Shown in pieces: positions 9,962 through 19,604 of a DNA stretch of 64,000 bases. How positions within the stretch are numbered: position 1 is the first letter of the stretch; every line of letters starts with the position of its first letter. The DNA comes from Actinomycetota bacterium (GTDB lineage: Bacteria > Actinomycetota > UBA4738 > HRBIN12): assembly GCA_040902745.1 (NCBI GenBank), contig JBBDWR010000011.1, forward strand, positions 50,320 through 114,319, written 5' to 3'. The translations under genes were made by a program, and so were the position numbers. Under the pieces are notes generated by a model. That model was not told the DNA's origin and searched no databases. It was given only the letters and a program-made list of their open reading frames with translations.

Positions 9962-11140
9962 TCAAACACGCTCCAGGGCGACGGCCAGCCCCTGGCCGCC
10001 GGAGATGCAGAGGGTGGCGAGACCGAGGGACCTGCCCGTCGCACGAAGCTCGTACGCGAGCGACAGGATGATGCGGGCGCCGCTCATGCCGATCGGGTGC
10101 CCTATCGAGATGCCGCCGCCCTTGACGTTGAGTCGGTCGCGGTCGAACTTCAGTTCCCGCTCGCAGGCGATCACCTGTGCGGCGAAGGCTTCATTGATCT
10201 CGATCAGATCGAAATCGGGAAGCGAGAGGCCGGTCCGCTCGAGGAGCCTCTTCGTCGCAGGGACCGGTCCGATCCCCATGATCGCGGGGTCGACACCCGC
10301 CCAGCTCATGCCGATGATCCGCGCGAGCGGTTCTCTTCCCTCGGCGTGGGCTCGGGACTCGCTCATCAGAATCATCGCGGCCGCCCCGTCGGTGATGCCC
10401 GACGAGTTGCCCGCCGTTACGCTCCCCTCGTCTCGGAACACCGGTCGCAGCGAACCGAGCTTCTCCGCCGTTGTCTCGGGACGCGGATGCTCGTCCTCGA
10501 TGACCTCGATCGTGCCCTTGCCATCGGGGTTGGGTGCGGTGACAGGGAACAGTTCCGCGGCTCGCCGAGGCTTGCCGGTCTCGGCTTTGTGTTGGCTCTC
10601 GAGTGCGAAGGCGTCCTGTTCTTCGCGGGAGATGTCGTAGCGGTCCACGAGGTTCTCGGCGGTCTCACCCATGACCAGGCCGCAGAGTGGATCGAGCAGA
10701 CCGTCGCGATACATCCCGTCATAGGCGGTGGCGTCCCCGATCCGGTAGCCGGTTCGCATCCGGTCCAGCAGGAACGGAACGCGCGTCATGTTCTCCATGC
10801 CGCCCACGAGGACGACCTCCGAGTCGCCCAGCTGGATCTGCTGCGCGCCCAGCTGCGTGGCCTTCATCCCCGACCCGCATGCGATGTTCACGTTGTAGGC
10901 GGAGATCTCCTTGGGAACGCCGGCGCGCATCGACACCTGCCGTCCGGTGTTGGGGCCGTTGCCCGCCTGACGGGCGTGCCCGAAGATCGTCTGGTGCACG
11001 GCGTCGGGGTCGACGCCCGATCGCCGGAGCGCCTCGACCGCAGCGAGCTCCCCGAGCTCGACGGCGGGCACCTCGGTGAACGACCCGAGGAAACGTCCGA
11101 TCGGGGTTCGGGCGCCCTCGAGGATCACCGCGTTGTCCAT
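9962..11140 (-). CDS. Acetyl-CoA C-acetyltransferase (thiolase II)
   Basis: 392 aa with thiolase signatures (NVNIACGSGMKA, active-site Cys, GHPIGMSGARI, CISGGQG). Confidence 0.9.
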   Translation of the reverse strand: MDNAVILEGARTPIGRFLGSFTEVPAVELGELAAVEALRRSGVDPDAVHQTIFGHARQAGNGPNTGRQVSMRAGVPKEISAYNVNIACGSGMKATQLGAQQIQLGDSEVVLVGGMENMTRVPFLLDRMRTGYRIGDATAYDGMYRDGLLDPLCGLVMGETAENLVDRYDISREEQDAFALESQHKAETGKPRRAAELFPVTAPNPDGKGTIEVIEDEHPRPETTAEKLGSLRPVFRDEGSVTAGNSSGITDGAAAMILMSESRAHAEGREPLARIIGMSWAGVDPAIMGIGPVPATKRLLERTGLSLPDFDLIEINEAFAAQVIACERELKFDRDRLNVKGGGISIGHPIGMSGARIILSLAYELRATGRSLGLATLCISGGQGLAVALERV

Positions 11141-11176
11141 ACGGCCCAGTCTACCGAGGGTGCTGAGAACGGCCGC

Positions 11177-12847
11177 TCACGAGCGGGCGGAGTCGCGGGG
11201 ATCGTGGGCGCGGAGACGACCCAGCAGCCGGTCGAGGGCAGCGCCGCCGTCGACGGGCTCAGAGGGGGCCTCGCCGGCGCTCTCGACGAGCGCGACGGTC
11301 GAGCGGCGAAGCCAGCTGCGCACGGCAGCGAGCTCGTCCGCCCGGTCTCGCGGGCACGGGAGAGAGAGTGGCTCGTCGTCGCTTCCGGTGTCGGTCCCGG
11401 CGGTGGACGACCCCGCGAGGAGCGCGCCGTGGCGCAGCCGGATGCGTTCGCCGTCGGCATCCCGCAGGACCAGGCTCGCGCTGCCGACGAGCCAGGCGTC
11501 GGTTCGCGCCCGCGCGAGCGACTCGGCGAGGGCTCGCAATCGATCCCGCGCCAGCGCGGCTTCTTCGAACCGCTCTTCGGCTGCGAGGAGGCCGAGCCGA
11601 TCCTCGAGCGCTCTGAGGAGCCCGCCCGGCGAAGGGAGGGAGGAGAGCAGGGTCCGAACGAGCTCCTCGTAGCGTTCGTGGTCGACGCGACCGTCACACG
11701 GCGCGAGACAGCGGCCGATGTCGGCCAAGGCGCACGGCGCGAATCGCGTCGTCGCTCGCATCGCCTTGGTGCATCGGCGGATCGGGAAGGCTTCCTCCAA
11801 TGCTTCCTTCGCGAGCACGGCCTGAGCGCGGTTGGAGAAGGGACCGAGGAAAACTCCCGGCCCCGTCGTTTCGCGCGCGATCTTGAGACGAGGCCACGCT
11901 TCCGAAGGGTCGATCCGAAGGTAGGCATAGCGCCGCCAGGCCTTGCCGCGTCGATTGAAGCGCGGCTCGTGACGACGGATCAGTCGAGCTTCGACCACGA
12001 GCGCCTCTAGTTCGGTCGAGCAGACGATCCCCTCGACCGACGCGACGTGGCTGAGCAACTGCTCGATCTTCTTACGGCTGTCGCCGTAGAAGTACGACCT
12101 CACGCGTCGGCGCAGATCCTTGGACTTGCCGACGTACAGCGCGGCTCCGTCTCGGCCGCGGAACACATACACGCCGGGTCCGTTCGGCAGGTGCTCGGCG
12201 AGCGCGATCTTGCCGAAGTTGGGACGTCCCCTCGCGCGAACCACCTCGTGAAGATCACCGAGCGTCGCGATCCCCAATCGCGCGCCGAGCCCGAGTAGGC
12301 CGTGAAGCACTTCGGCCGTCGCCTGCGCGTCTTCGAGGGCGCGGTGTTTCGGCCGCACGGAGGTGCGGAAATACTGCGCGAGGGTCTGCAGCTTCACGTT
12401 GGGAACGTCGGGCCAAACGATGCGTCGTGCGAGGCGCGCCGTACACACCGTCGGTGCAGGCAGCGGGGGATAGTCCAGCTCGACCAGCGCGGCGTCCAAG
12501 AAGGCCACGTCGAACCGGGCGTTGTGGGCCACGGGAACCGTGTGCTCGAGGAACTCCACCAGGCTCGGGAGCACGGCATCGATCGGGGGACTGCCGGCGA
12601 CGTCGCCATCGGAGATGCCCGTGAGGTAGGTGATCGACCGAGGGATCGGACGCAGGGGGTCGACGAAGGTGTGGAACGTCCCCAGTCGCTCCCCCCCGCA
12701 CATCTTGACCGCCCCGATCTCGGTGATCGCGCTCTGCGAGGGGGATCCCCCGGTGGTTTCGAGGTCGATCACGCAGAACGTCACCTCGTGCAAGGGGATG
12801 CCATCGTCCAGGGTGGTCTGACGAGCTCGGATCTGCGGCAGCGCCAC
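11177..12847 (-). CDS. DEDDh 3'-5' exonuclease (DnaQ-like) fused to a GIY-YIG nuclease domain; Cho/UvrC-like repair nuclease
   Basis: The N-terminus has FCVIDLETTGG and HNARFDVAFL exonuclease motifs. The middle has the GIY-YIG motif GVYVFRG...LYVGKS. This architecture resembles M. tuberculosis Rv2191. GTG start. Confidence 0.8.
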   Translation of the reverse strand: MALPQIRARQTTLDDGIPLHEVTFCVIDLETTGGSPSQSAITEIGAVKMCGGERLGTFHTFVDPLRPIPRSITYLTGISDGDVAGSPPIDAVLPSLVEFLEHTVPVAHNARFDVAFLDAALVELDYPPLPAPTVCTARLARRIVWPDVPNVKLQTLAQYFRTSVRPKHRALEDAQATAEVLHGLLGLGARLGIATLGDLHEVVRARGRPNFGKIALAEHLPNGPGVYVFRGRDGAALYVGKSKDLRRRVRSYFYGDSRKKIEQLLSHVASVEGIVCSTELEALVVEARLIRRHEPRFNRRGKAWRRYAYLRIDPSEAWPRLKIARETTGPGVFLGPFSNRAQAVLAKEALEEAFPIRRCTKAMRATTRFAPCALADIGRCLAPCDGRVDHERYEELVRTLLSSLPSPGGLLRALEDRLGLLAAEERFEEAALARDRLRALAESLARARTDAWLVGSASLVLRDADGERIRLRHGALLAGSSTAGTDTGSDDEPLSLPCPRDRADELAAVRSWLRRSTVALVESAGEAPSEPVDGGAALDRLLGRLRAHDPRDSARS

Positions 12848-12903
12848 GGCGGCTGGATCCTTCCCGGTCGGGTGGGGGCCGCGCGCGGGAGGGCAGCACT
12901 GTA

Positions 12904-12919
12904 TCGAACAGGTGTTCGA
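12904..12919. promoter_or_regulatory. LexA (SOS) box TCGAACAGGTGTTCGA
   Basis: Perfect match to the Gram-positive/actinobacterial consensus TCGAAC-N4-GTTCGA. It lies 57 nt upstream of the Cho-like nuclease start. Confidence 0.7.
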
Positions 12920-12972
12920 TGGTCAAGTCGCGCTTGGCAGCCGGGCATGACGTGCGCGTCTACCCGGGTGTG

Positions 12973-13350
12973 TCAGGCGACGTTTCGGCTGATCCGCCTG
13001 CGTTGCTGCTCGGTCGTGCCGCCCCAGACGCCGTAGCGCTCGCCGTTCTTGATCGCCCAGGCGAGGCACTCTTCGCGGATGTGACACCCCGAGCAGTGCT
13101 GTAACGCGGGCGCGGCTTCCTCCTCCGTCGTGGGGAAGAACACATCAGGGTCGACCCCGAAGCATGCGGCGGCTTCTTGCCACACGTCGGGTGGGGAAGG
13201 GTTGGCGGGCAGACCACCGACATCGATGTCCCCGAACCGGTTCCGTCTCACCGCATCCCCCTCAGTCTGTGGTGCCGCGATCGATGGCTCGATCGCAGAC
13301 CCCTTTCCTATCACCCCGAGTGGCCCCAACGGAAGGCCCATCCGGTGCAT
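12973..13350 (-). CDS. whiB: WhiB-family transcription factor (WhiB2/WhmD-like)
   Basis: Four-Cys arrangement (C...CSGC...C) within DPDVFFP...HCSGCHIREECLAWAI...GVWGGTTEQQRRR. The full ATG ORF is 125 aa. A shorter internal start is possible. Confidence 0.8.
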   Translation of the reverse strand: MHRMGLPLGPLGVIGKGSAIEPSIAAPQTEGDAVRRNRFGDIDVGGLPANPSPPDVWQEAAACFGVDPDVFFPTTEEEAAPALQHCSGCHIREECLAWAIKNGERYGVWGGTTEQQRRRISRNVA

Positions 13351-13428
13351 CTTTCGCTCCGGTACAGGGTGATACGAGATTCGGTCTTCCGGTCTGTGGG
13401 CCGATCGACGTACGGCGATCCGCGTGGA

Positions 13429-14307
13429 TCACGCGTGACGGAGTGGGACCTGTGCAGCCTTGAGATCCGCATCGCGGGCACCCCACCGGATCCGGACGAT
13501 CAGGGCGCGCCCTCCGGCGGGCAAGGACGCCGAGCTAGTCACGAGGCCGACCTGCTTCTCGCTGTCGTCGACGGGCGTACCCGCATCGACCGCGCCGTCG
13601 GCCCGCATCGCGACGACGGCGCGCTGGGGATGCCCGAAGTTGCGGATCTTAGCCACCGATTCCTGCCCCAGGTAGCAGCCCTTCGTGGCGTCGATCACGC
13701 CGCGGGCGGGATCGTCGAGTCCCGCCTCGGCCGGGAGGGAATCCTCGTCCAGATCGACACCGAAGGTCGGCGTCCCGTGACGGATCCGCCAGATGTCGAC
13801 GGCGAGTTGGGAGATCGGTGTCCGGGAGTGGCCGACGTCCGCGTCGCCTGGGTCTGCCAGGAGGTCGGTGCCGGAGCCGAGGATCGATGGCGCGAACGTG
13901 GACCCATCTTGCAGGCCTTCTGCGCGAGGCGCGCAGATCGGACCGATCGGGCTCGGGGAGAGCTCTACATCCGAAGAGAGCACATAGGGCGCGAGCAGCT
14001 CGTCGATCGCGCGAGGCTGCGCGGGATCTTGCACGATGACGAAGTCGTCCGCGCGCCGGTAGACGTGCACGTCGGCCCGGATCCGGCCCGTCGGCGTCAG
14101 CAAGAGCGATCGGGCTGCACCCTGGATCGGCAGGCCGGCGAGCTCGGCGGTCAGCAGATCGTTCAGCCACCGCTCAGCGTCGCCGCCGTGGACCCGGATG
14201 GCCCGCCACGTCCGCCGGTCGACCACGACGTCGTCCGTGGTGGGGTCGCCCTCGAGTTCCGCGACCTGCCGCTCAAGGTCTTCGAACCGAGATGGCGTCG
14301 AGGACAT
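13429..14307 (-). CDS. ygfZ: YgfZ/CAF17-family folate-binding protein (GcvT-like fold, Fe-S cluster maintenance)
   Basis: The C-terminal about 293 aa of the 495-aa track ORF show a YgfZ-like pattern (FGVDLDEDSLPAEAGL...KGCYLGQE). The upstream 200 codons are a low-complexity artifact. Confidence 0.65.
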   Translation of the reverse strand: MSSTPSRFEDLERQVAELEGDPTTDDVVVDRRTWRAIRVHGGDAERWLNDLLTAELAGLPIQGAARSLLLTPTGRIRADVHVYRRADDFVIVQDPAQPRAIDELLAPYVLSSDVELSPSPIGPICAPRAEGLQDGSTFAPSILGSGTDLLADPGDADVGHSRTPISQLAVDIWRIRHGTPTFGVDLDEDSLPAEAGLDDPARGVIDATKGCYLGQESVAKIRNFGHPQRAVVAMRADGAVDAGTPVDDSEKQVGLVTSSASLPAGGRALIVRIRWGARDADLKAAQVPLRHA

Positions 14308-14437
14308 ACCGCGAGGATACGAGGCGGCGGGATTTTCGTACTCACCGGTGATGAGCCGATGCTGGGGTGATTGCTCGCGGATCGACCGTGCACGTTGAGG
14401 CGACCGGCCCGCACCGCTCGATCCGGCGTAGATCCGG

Positions 14438-15613
14438 ATGCCCGTAGGATTCGCCTGGATGGACGTTCCCAGGACCCTCGTCGTAACCAACGACTTCCCG
14501 CCGAAGCTGGGTGGGGTGCAGACGTTCGTGCATGCCCTGGTCCACGAGCTGCCCGCGGACGCCGTCGCGGTGTTGGCACCTCGGTCCGAGGATTCGGCGG
14601 CGTTCGACGCCGAGGAGCCGTACCGGATCGAGCGCGCGAACGACACGTTCCTGTGGCCCACACGCGCACTCGCCGATCGGGTCGAGGCGCTCGCTCGCGA
14701 CCACGCCGCCGAGGTCGTCTTGTTCGGATCGCCCGTGCCGTTGACGGGGATCGGTCCGACGCTGGCCAAGCGAGGGCTGCCGTACGTCACGCTCGCCCAT
14801 GGGTTGGAGTACTGGATGTCGATCGCCCCCGGTGCACACGCGTTCCTCAGGTACGGGACGTCACGCGCGTCCGCCGTGCTCGTGTGCTCCCGATACATCG
14901 CGAGGGTCGTGCGCACGGCTGTGCCGCGCGGCGTTCCGGTCGCGGCCCTCAGACCGGGCGTGGATCCGCGGCGCTTCCGCCCCGGACTTGTGGTCGACGA
15001 TCTGCGCGAGGAACTCGGTGTTGCCGGGCGACCCGTGGTCGTGTGCGTGAGCAGGCTCGTGCCACGGAAAGGCCAGGACGTGCTGATCCGGGCGATGGGC
15101 CGGATCCGCGACCGCGTCCCGGATGCGGTGCTCGTGCTGGTCGGGGGCGGTACGGACCGGGCCCGACTCGAGGCTCTCGCGGCCTCGGCGCCCGGTGGCT
15201 CCGTGGTATTCGCCGGACAGGTCTCCGAGGAGGAACTGCCGCGTGCCTACGCGATCGGCGATGTCTTCGCGATGCCGTGCCGCGATCGGTTCGCAGGGCT
15301 CGAGGTCGAGGGGTGGGGGATCGTCTTCGTCGAAGCGGCCGCATGCGGACTCCCCGTCGTCGCGGGCACGTCCGGCGGGGCACCCGAGGCGGTGATCGAG
15401 GGCGAGACCGGAGCGCTCGTGGACGGGTCCGATGTGGGTGTGGTCGCCGGGACGGTGGCGGGCCTACTCGCCGATCCGGACCACGCCCGCGCAATGGGGG
15501 CGGCGGGTCGAATGCGCGTCGAGCGCGAATTGTCGTGGGAGCGTTGCGCAGGTTCGTTGGCTCAGTGGCTCCGGCGTGCGGTGTTCACCGATCCGGGAGC
15601 TCCTGGGGGGTAG
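14438..15613 (+). CDS. GT4-family glycosyltransferase, PimB/MgtA-like mannosyltransferase
   Basis: N-terminal GGVQTFV motif and C-terminal EGWGIVFVEAAACGLPVV (E-X7-E region). The alternative ATG at 14459 also fits. In mycobacteria pimB sits near the Rv2191 cho-like gene, consistent with synteny. Confidence 0.8.
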   Translation: MPVGFAWMDVPRTLVVTNDFPPKLGGVQTFVHALVHELPADAVAVLAPRSEDSAAFDAEEPYRIERANDTFLWPTRALADRVEALARDHAAEVVLFGSPVPLTGIGPTLAKRGLPYVTLAHGLEYWMSIAPGAHAFLRYGTSRASAVLVCSRYIARVVRTAVPRGVPVAALRPGVDPRRFRPGLVVDDLREELGVAGRPVVVCVSRLVPRKGQDVLIRAMGRIRDRVPDAVLVLVGGGTDRARLEALAASAPGGSVVFAGQVSEEELPRAYAIGDVFAMPCRDRFAGLEVEGWGIVFVEAAACGLPVVAGTSGGAPEAVIEGETGALVDGSDVGVVAGTVAGLLADPDHARAMGAAGRMRVERELSWERCAGSLAQWLRRAVFTDPGAPGG

Positions 15614-15640
15614 GCTCGCCCACATGGTGCTGCTTGGAGC

Positions 15641-16567
15641 ATGCCGTCCGTGAGTGAGCGCCGGTGCCCGAACTGCGGCGCTCTCGTGGCGGCCGACGCG
15701 CAATGGTGCAGCCTCTGCTTCCACTCGCTCGTCGAGGTACCGCGTGAGCCGGAACCCTCGCCTCCTGCGGCCGATGGCGGCGGTGCTCCACCGCCTCCTC
15801 CCCCCCCTCCCGGGGATCACGTCCTTGAAGGGCCACCGATCGCGGGCGCGACGCCTCCGCCCCCGCCGGTCTTGGGAGCGGAGGTACCTCCGTCCGAGCT
15901 CGCGGATCAGGGCGAGGCGGCGGCCTCTCCAACCTGGACCTGTCCGAATTGCGACGAGGTGAATCCGCTTGCGGAGAACAACTGCCGCGTGTGTGGCACC
16001 ACCTACTTCAGTCTGTTCTCGTCTGTTTCCCGTCCTGAGGTGTCCCGCCGGGAGGCGGTCATGCGATCGCTGTTGTACCCGGGGCTCGGACACGCGCTCG
16101 TTGGTCGTGCCGGCGACGGCGTCGCGCGCGGCGTGCTGTTCGCCTGGGCGCTGGGGACCGTCGCCCTCCTGCTGCTCAGTCGAGGCGACCGGCCCCTCGG
16201 TCCGTTGTTGGGGATGACGGCGGTCTACCTTCTCGTCGCGATCGGGATCTATGTGTTGACCGCATTCGAGGCGGGGCAGCTTGCCGAAGGAGGTGACGTG
16301 ATCATCTCCTCGCGGGGGCTCGCATGGTTCTCCGCGGCGCTCGTGATCATCACGCTGGTCCTCGCCTTCGTGCTGATCAGCGGGTCATCGAACCCGGCCG
16401 ACGACACGGAGCCCCTCCCGGGTGCGTCGGCGGACCAGAGTCCGGCCACCCTTCCGCTCGAGGACCCGACCGCGCAAGCGACCGGGATCCCGACATCGCC
16501 TGCCACCGGCGCGCCGTCGGTGGTTCCGAGGCGGCCGGCCCCGGAGGGTAGGATGCGGCGCGAATGA
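15641..16567 (+). CDS. Double zinc-ribbon membrane protein (hypothetical)
   Basis: Two CxxC...CxxC ribbons (CPNCG...CSLC and CPNCD...CRVC), a Pro-rich linker and C-terminal TM helices. Confidence 0.6.
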   Translation: MPSVSERRCPNCGALVAADAQWCSLCFHSLVEVPREPEPSPPAADGGGAPPPPPPPPGDHVLEGPPIAGATPPPPPVLGAEVPPSELADQGEAAASPTWTCPNCDEVNPLAENNCRVCGTTYFSLFSSVSRPEVSRREAVMRSLLYPGLGHALVGRAGDGVARGVLFAWALGTVALLLLSRGDRPLGPLLGMTAVYLLVAIGIYVLTAFEAGQLAEGGDVIISSRGLAWFSAALVIITLVLAFVLISGSSNPADDTEPLPGASADQSPATLPLEDPTAQATGIPTSPATGAPSVVPRRPAPEGRMRRE

Positions 16568-17004
16568 GCGAGTACGCGGCGGGATCGGTCCAGATCGACG
16601 CAAGTCCGTGGGACGTGATGGAGGTCATCACCGACTACGAGTCTTATCCCGACTGGACCGAGGTGGCGTCCGCCGAGATCCGCGTGCGTGGCCAAGGTGG
16701 CCTTCCCTCAGAGGTCGCCTACGAGGTTGACGTTCCCTTCCTCGGCACCGCGAGCTACACCCTCGCCTATGTCTACGCAGGCGATCAGGCGGTGTCGTGG
16801 TCGACCAAGGAGGCGCGGGGAGCGGTGCGGGACATCCGAGGTGAGTACCTGCTCCGGGAGCTCGACGACGACCGCACCGAGGTCACCTACCGTCTCGCGG
16901 TCGATCTCGGGGTGTTGGTGCCCGGATTCGTTCGGACACAAGGTTCCCAGCGGGTGATCGAGAACGCCCTCGAGAAACTCAAGGCGAGGGTCGAAGGCCG
17001 CTAA
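16564..17004 (+). CDS. SRPBCC (polyketide cyclase/START-like) family protein
   Basis: 146 aa START/Bet v1-like fold pattern. Its start overlaps the stop of the previous gene. Confidence 0.65.
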   Translation: MSEYAAGSVQIDASPWDVMEVITDYESYPDWTEVASAEIRVRGQGGLPSEVAYEVDVPFLGTASYTLAYVYAGDQAVSWSTKEARGAVRDIRGEYLLRELDDDRTEVTYRLAVDLGVLVPGFVRTQGSQRVIENALEKLKARVEGR

Positions 17005-17064
17005 GACTTCGGCGTCGGTGCTCGTCCGGTCCCCGATCTGTGAGGTTCGCCTATCCTGACGGCG

Positions 17065-18267
17065 ATGCGTGTGCTGCTGTTCACCGGCAAGGGCGGGGTC
17101 GGGAAGACGACCGTCGCCGCAGCGACCGCCGTACGGGCGGCTCGTTCGGGGCTCAAGACGATGGTGATGAGCACCGACCCGGCGCACTCGTTGGCCGATT
17201 CGTTCGACCTGCCTCTCGAGTCGGATGCCACGCAGATCGAGGATCGCCTGTGGGCCGAACAGATCGACTCGCAGGAGCGCCTGGAAACCAACTGGCGCGA
17301 CATCCAGGAGTACTTCATCCAGTTGATGAACTGGGCGGGTGTCGAGGCGGTCCAAGCCGAAGAACTGTCGGTGATCCCGGGCCTCGATGAGATCTTCAGC
17401 CTGATCGACGTCAAGCGTCACGTGGAGTCTGGGAACTACGACCTGCTGGTCGTCGACTGCGCTCCGACCGCCGAGACGCTCCGGTTGCTCTCGCTGCCCG
17501 AGGTCATGAACTGGTACATCGAGAGGATCTTCCCGGTCGAGAAGCGGATCGTGAAGACCGTGCGTCCGCTCGTATCGCGGATGACATCGCTCCCGATCGC
17601 GGGTGACCAGTTCTTCGCCGCGATCGAACAACTGCACGGCAACCTCGACGCTGTTCGTCGGATCCTCACCGACGAGAAGGTCTCGACCGTGCGCTTGGTG
17701 ATGAACCCGGAGAAGATGGTCATCTCCGAAGCGCGCCGGACCTATACGTACTTGTCGCTGTTCGGGTACCGGGTCGACGCGGTCGTCGTGAATCGCATCT
17801 TCCCCGAGGACGTCACCGATCCATACTTCGGCAAGTGGAAGGACATCCAGGCGGAACACCTCGCGACCGTGCGGGAGTCCTTCGAGCCCGTACCGATCCT
17901 GACCGCGAAGCTGTTCGATCGCGAGATGGTCGGAGCCACGCTCCTCGGAGACATGGGTCAGGAGGTCTACGGCGAACTCGACGCAGCGTCGATCCTCTTC
18001 CACGATGAGCCCGTGCGTGTGCGCAAACGAGGCGAGGCGTACGTGTTGTCGATGCGCTTGCCGTTCGTCTCGCGCGACGATATGGACATCCACCGCCGCG
18101 GTGAGGAGCTGTACGTTCGTGTCGGCACCTACAAGCGGAACCTGATCTTGCCTCAGACCCTGCAACGCCTCGTCGTTCGCGAGGCGAACTTCCGCGGGGA
18201 GCACCTCGAGATACTCTTCGGCCGATCGGGATCCTCGACGGCCGCCGGTCCGGGAGGGAGCGCGTAG
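17065..18267 (+). CDS. ArsA/Get3-family ATPase
   Basis: Deviant Walker A GKGGVGKTT, ArsA signature DTAPTAETL-like (DCAPTAETLRLL) and a 400-aa length. Confidence 0.85.
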   Translation: MRVLLFTGKGGVGKTTVAAATAVRAARSGLKTMVMSTDPAHSLADSFDLPLESDATQIEDRLWAEQIDSQERLETNWRDIQEYFIQLMNWAGVEAVQAEELSVIPGLDEIFSLIDVKRHVESGNYDLLVVDCAPTAETLRLLSLPEVMNWYIERIFPVEKRIVKTVRPLVSRMTSLPIAGDQFFAAIEQLHGNLDAVRRILTDEKVSTVRLVMNPEKMVISEARRTYTYLSLFGYRVDAVVVNRIFPEDVTDPYFGKWKDIQAEHLATVRESFEPVPILTAKLFDREMVGATLLGDMGQEVYGELDAASILFHDEPVRVRKRGEAYVLSMRLPFVSRDDMDIHRRGEELYVRVGTYKRNLILPQTLQRLVVREANFRGEHLEILFGRSGSSTAAGPGGSA

Positions 18268-18615
18268 ATGACCACCACGAGGCACGACGGCACACATCCG
18301 TCGGCGGCGCAGCCGAACGGACATGAGACGACCGACGCGGACGGCGTGGTGTCCGGATCCGAGCCGACCCAGAGCGGGACATCCGACGCCGGTACCGACG
18401 CGCCGTCGGACGCCGCGGAAAGCCACGTCTGTCCCGTGGGGTTCTGCCCGATCGGGATGGCCGTCAACTCCGCAGGCCAGGTGAAACCCGAGGCGATCGG
18501 ACACCTACTCGTCGCGGGACGTGAACTACTCCTGGCGGCGAAAGCCGTCGTGGAGGCTCGGTCGGACGAAGTCGACGAGGCCGTCACGCGTTTCCAGAAG
18601 ATCGACATCGGCTGA
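18268..18615 (+). CDS. Hypothetical acidic protein with CPVGFCPIG motif
   Basis: Its ATG comes immediately after the ArsA stop. It has a low-complexity acidic N-terminus and a conserved-looking Cys motif. Confidence 0.5.
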   Translation: MTTTRHDGTHPSAAQPNGHETTDADGVVSGSEPTQSGTSDAGTDAPSDAAESHVCPVGFCPIGMAVNSAGQVKPEAIGHLLVAGRELLLAAKAVVEARSDEVDEAVTRFQKIDIG

Positions 18616-18632
18616 AGCCGGACATCGGTGCC

Positions 18633-19604
18633 GTGAGTCCGTTCCCGTTCGCCGATCCTGCTGCGCAGGCCGTCGGCATCGATGTCGGAGGAACGAAGAT
18701 CGCCGGATATCGGATCTCGGGAGCGGGGGAGATCCTCGCCCATGCCGAGGTCCCGTCGCCCGCCGACGATGCGGACGCCCTCGTCGCGGCCATCGTGGGG
18801 ATCGCGCGGGGGCTGGCGAGGGACGAGGTGCGATGCGTCGGAGTCGGCGCGGCGGGGATGGTCGACCACGCGGGCACGATCCGGTTCTCACCGAACCTCG
18901 CATGGCGCGAGACGGAGCTGCGCAGCCGGATCGCGGACGCCGTCGCACTTCCCACGCACGTCGACAACGACGGGAACGTCGCCGCGTGGGGGGAATTCCG
19001 CGTCGGCGCCGGCCGGGATATCGATCACATGTTGCTGGTCGCACTCGGAACGGGGATCGGGGGAGGCATCGTGATCGACGGTCGCCTGATCCGTGGCGCG
19101 CACGGATTCGCGGGGGAGGTTGGCCACGTCATCGTCGACCCGGACGGTCCCCTGTGCGGCTGTGGCAATCATGGATGCTGGGAACAGATGGCCTCCGGAA
19201 CGGCGATCCAGCGGGCAGGACGGCGAGCGGCTCGAGAGCATCCGCGCAGCCTGCTCGCCGGTCTGGGCGCCGGCGATCCCGAGGCGATCACCGGGCACGA
19301 TGTAACGCGTGCAGCGCGTGAGGGCGATGGGATCGCGCGCAGCGTTCTCGCGAAAGTCGGCCGACATCTCGGGGAAGGACTCGCGGGGTTGGTGAACATC
19401 CTCGATCCGCAACTCATCGTGATCGGTGGCGGCGCCGTCGAGTCGGGTGACCTGCTCCTTGCTCCTGCCCGAGCTGCCTTCCGCGACACGGTGGAGGCGC
19501 CGCAGCACCGGCCGCGACTACCGTCGATCGTGCCCGCGGCGCTGGGGAACGACGCGGGCGGGGTGGGCGCGGGGTTGCTGGCCCTCGAGGAGCTGGCATC
19601 GTGA
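18633..19604 (+). CDS. ROK-family glucokinase
   Basis: ROK signature: DVGGTK N-terminus and the Zn-binding motif CGCGNHGCWE. Confidence 0.85.
   Translation: MSPFPFADPAAQAVGIDVGGTKIAGYRISGAGEILAHAEVPSPADDADALVAAIVGIARGLARDEVRCVGVGAAGMVDHAGTIRFSPNLAWRETELRSRIADAVALPTHVDNDGNVAAWGEFRVGAGRDIDHMLLVALGTGIGGGIVIDGRLIRGAHGFAGEVGHVIVDPDGPLCGCGNHGCWEQMASGTAIQRAGRRAAREHPRSLLAGLGAGDPEAITGHDVTRAAREGDGIARSVLAKVGRHLGEGLAGLVNILDPQLIVIGGGAVESGDLLLAPARAAFRDTVEAPQHRPRLPSIVPAALGNDAGGVGAGLLALEELAS

Noticed and set aside
9878-12010. 710-aa plus-strand ORF
   Set aside because: Antisense to the thiolase and Cho-like genes, which have strong homology. No domains found.
13177-14370. 397-aa plus-strand ORF and the N-terminal 200 codons of ORF 13429..14916
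   Set aside because: Both are antisense or over-extended frames around ygfZ. Only the region from the internal ATG at 14307 shows family similarity.
14371-15657. 428-aa plus ORF in an alternative frame of the GT4 gene
   Set aside because: Arg/Gly-rich, no motifs. The GT4 frame has the GT-B signature.
16708-18504. 598-aa minus-strand ORF
   Set aside because: Antisense to the ArsA-like ATPase gene.
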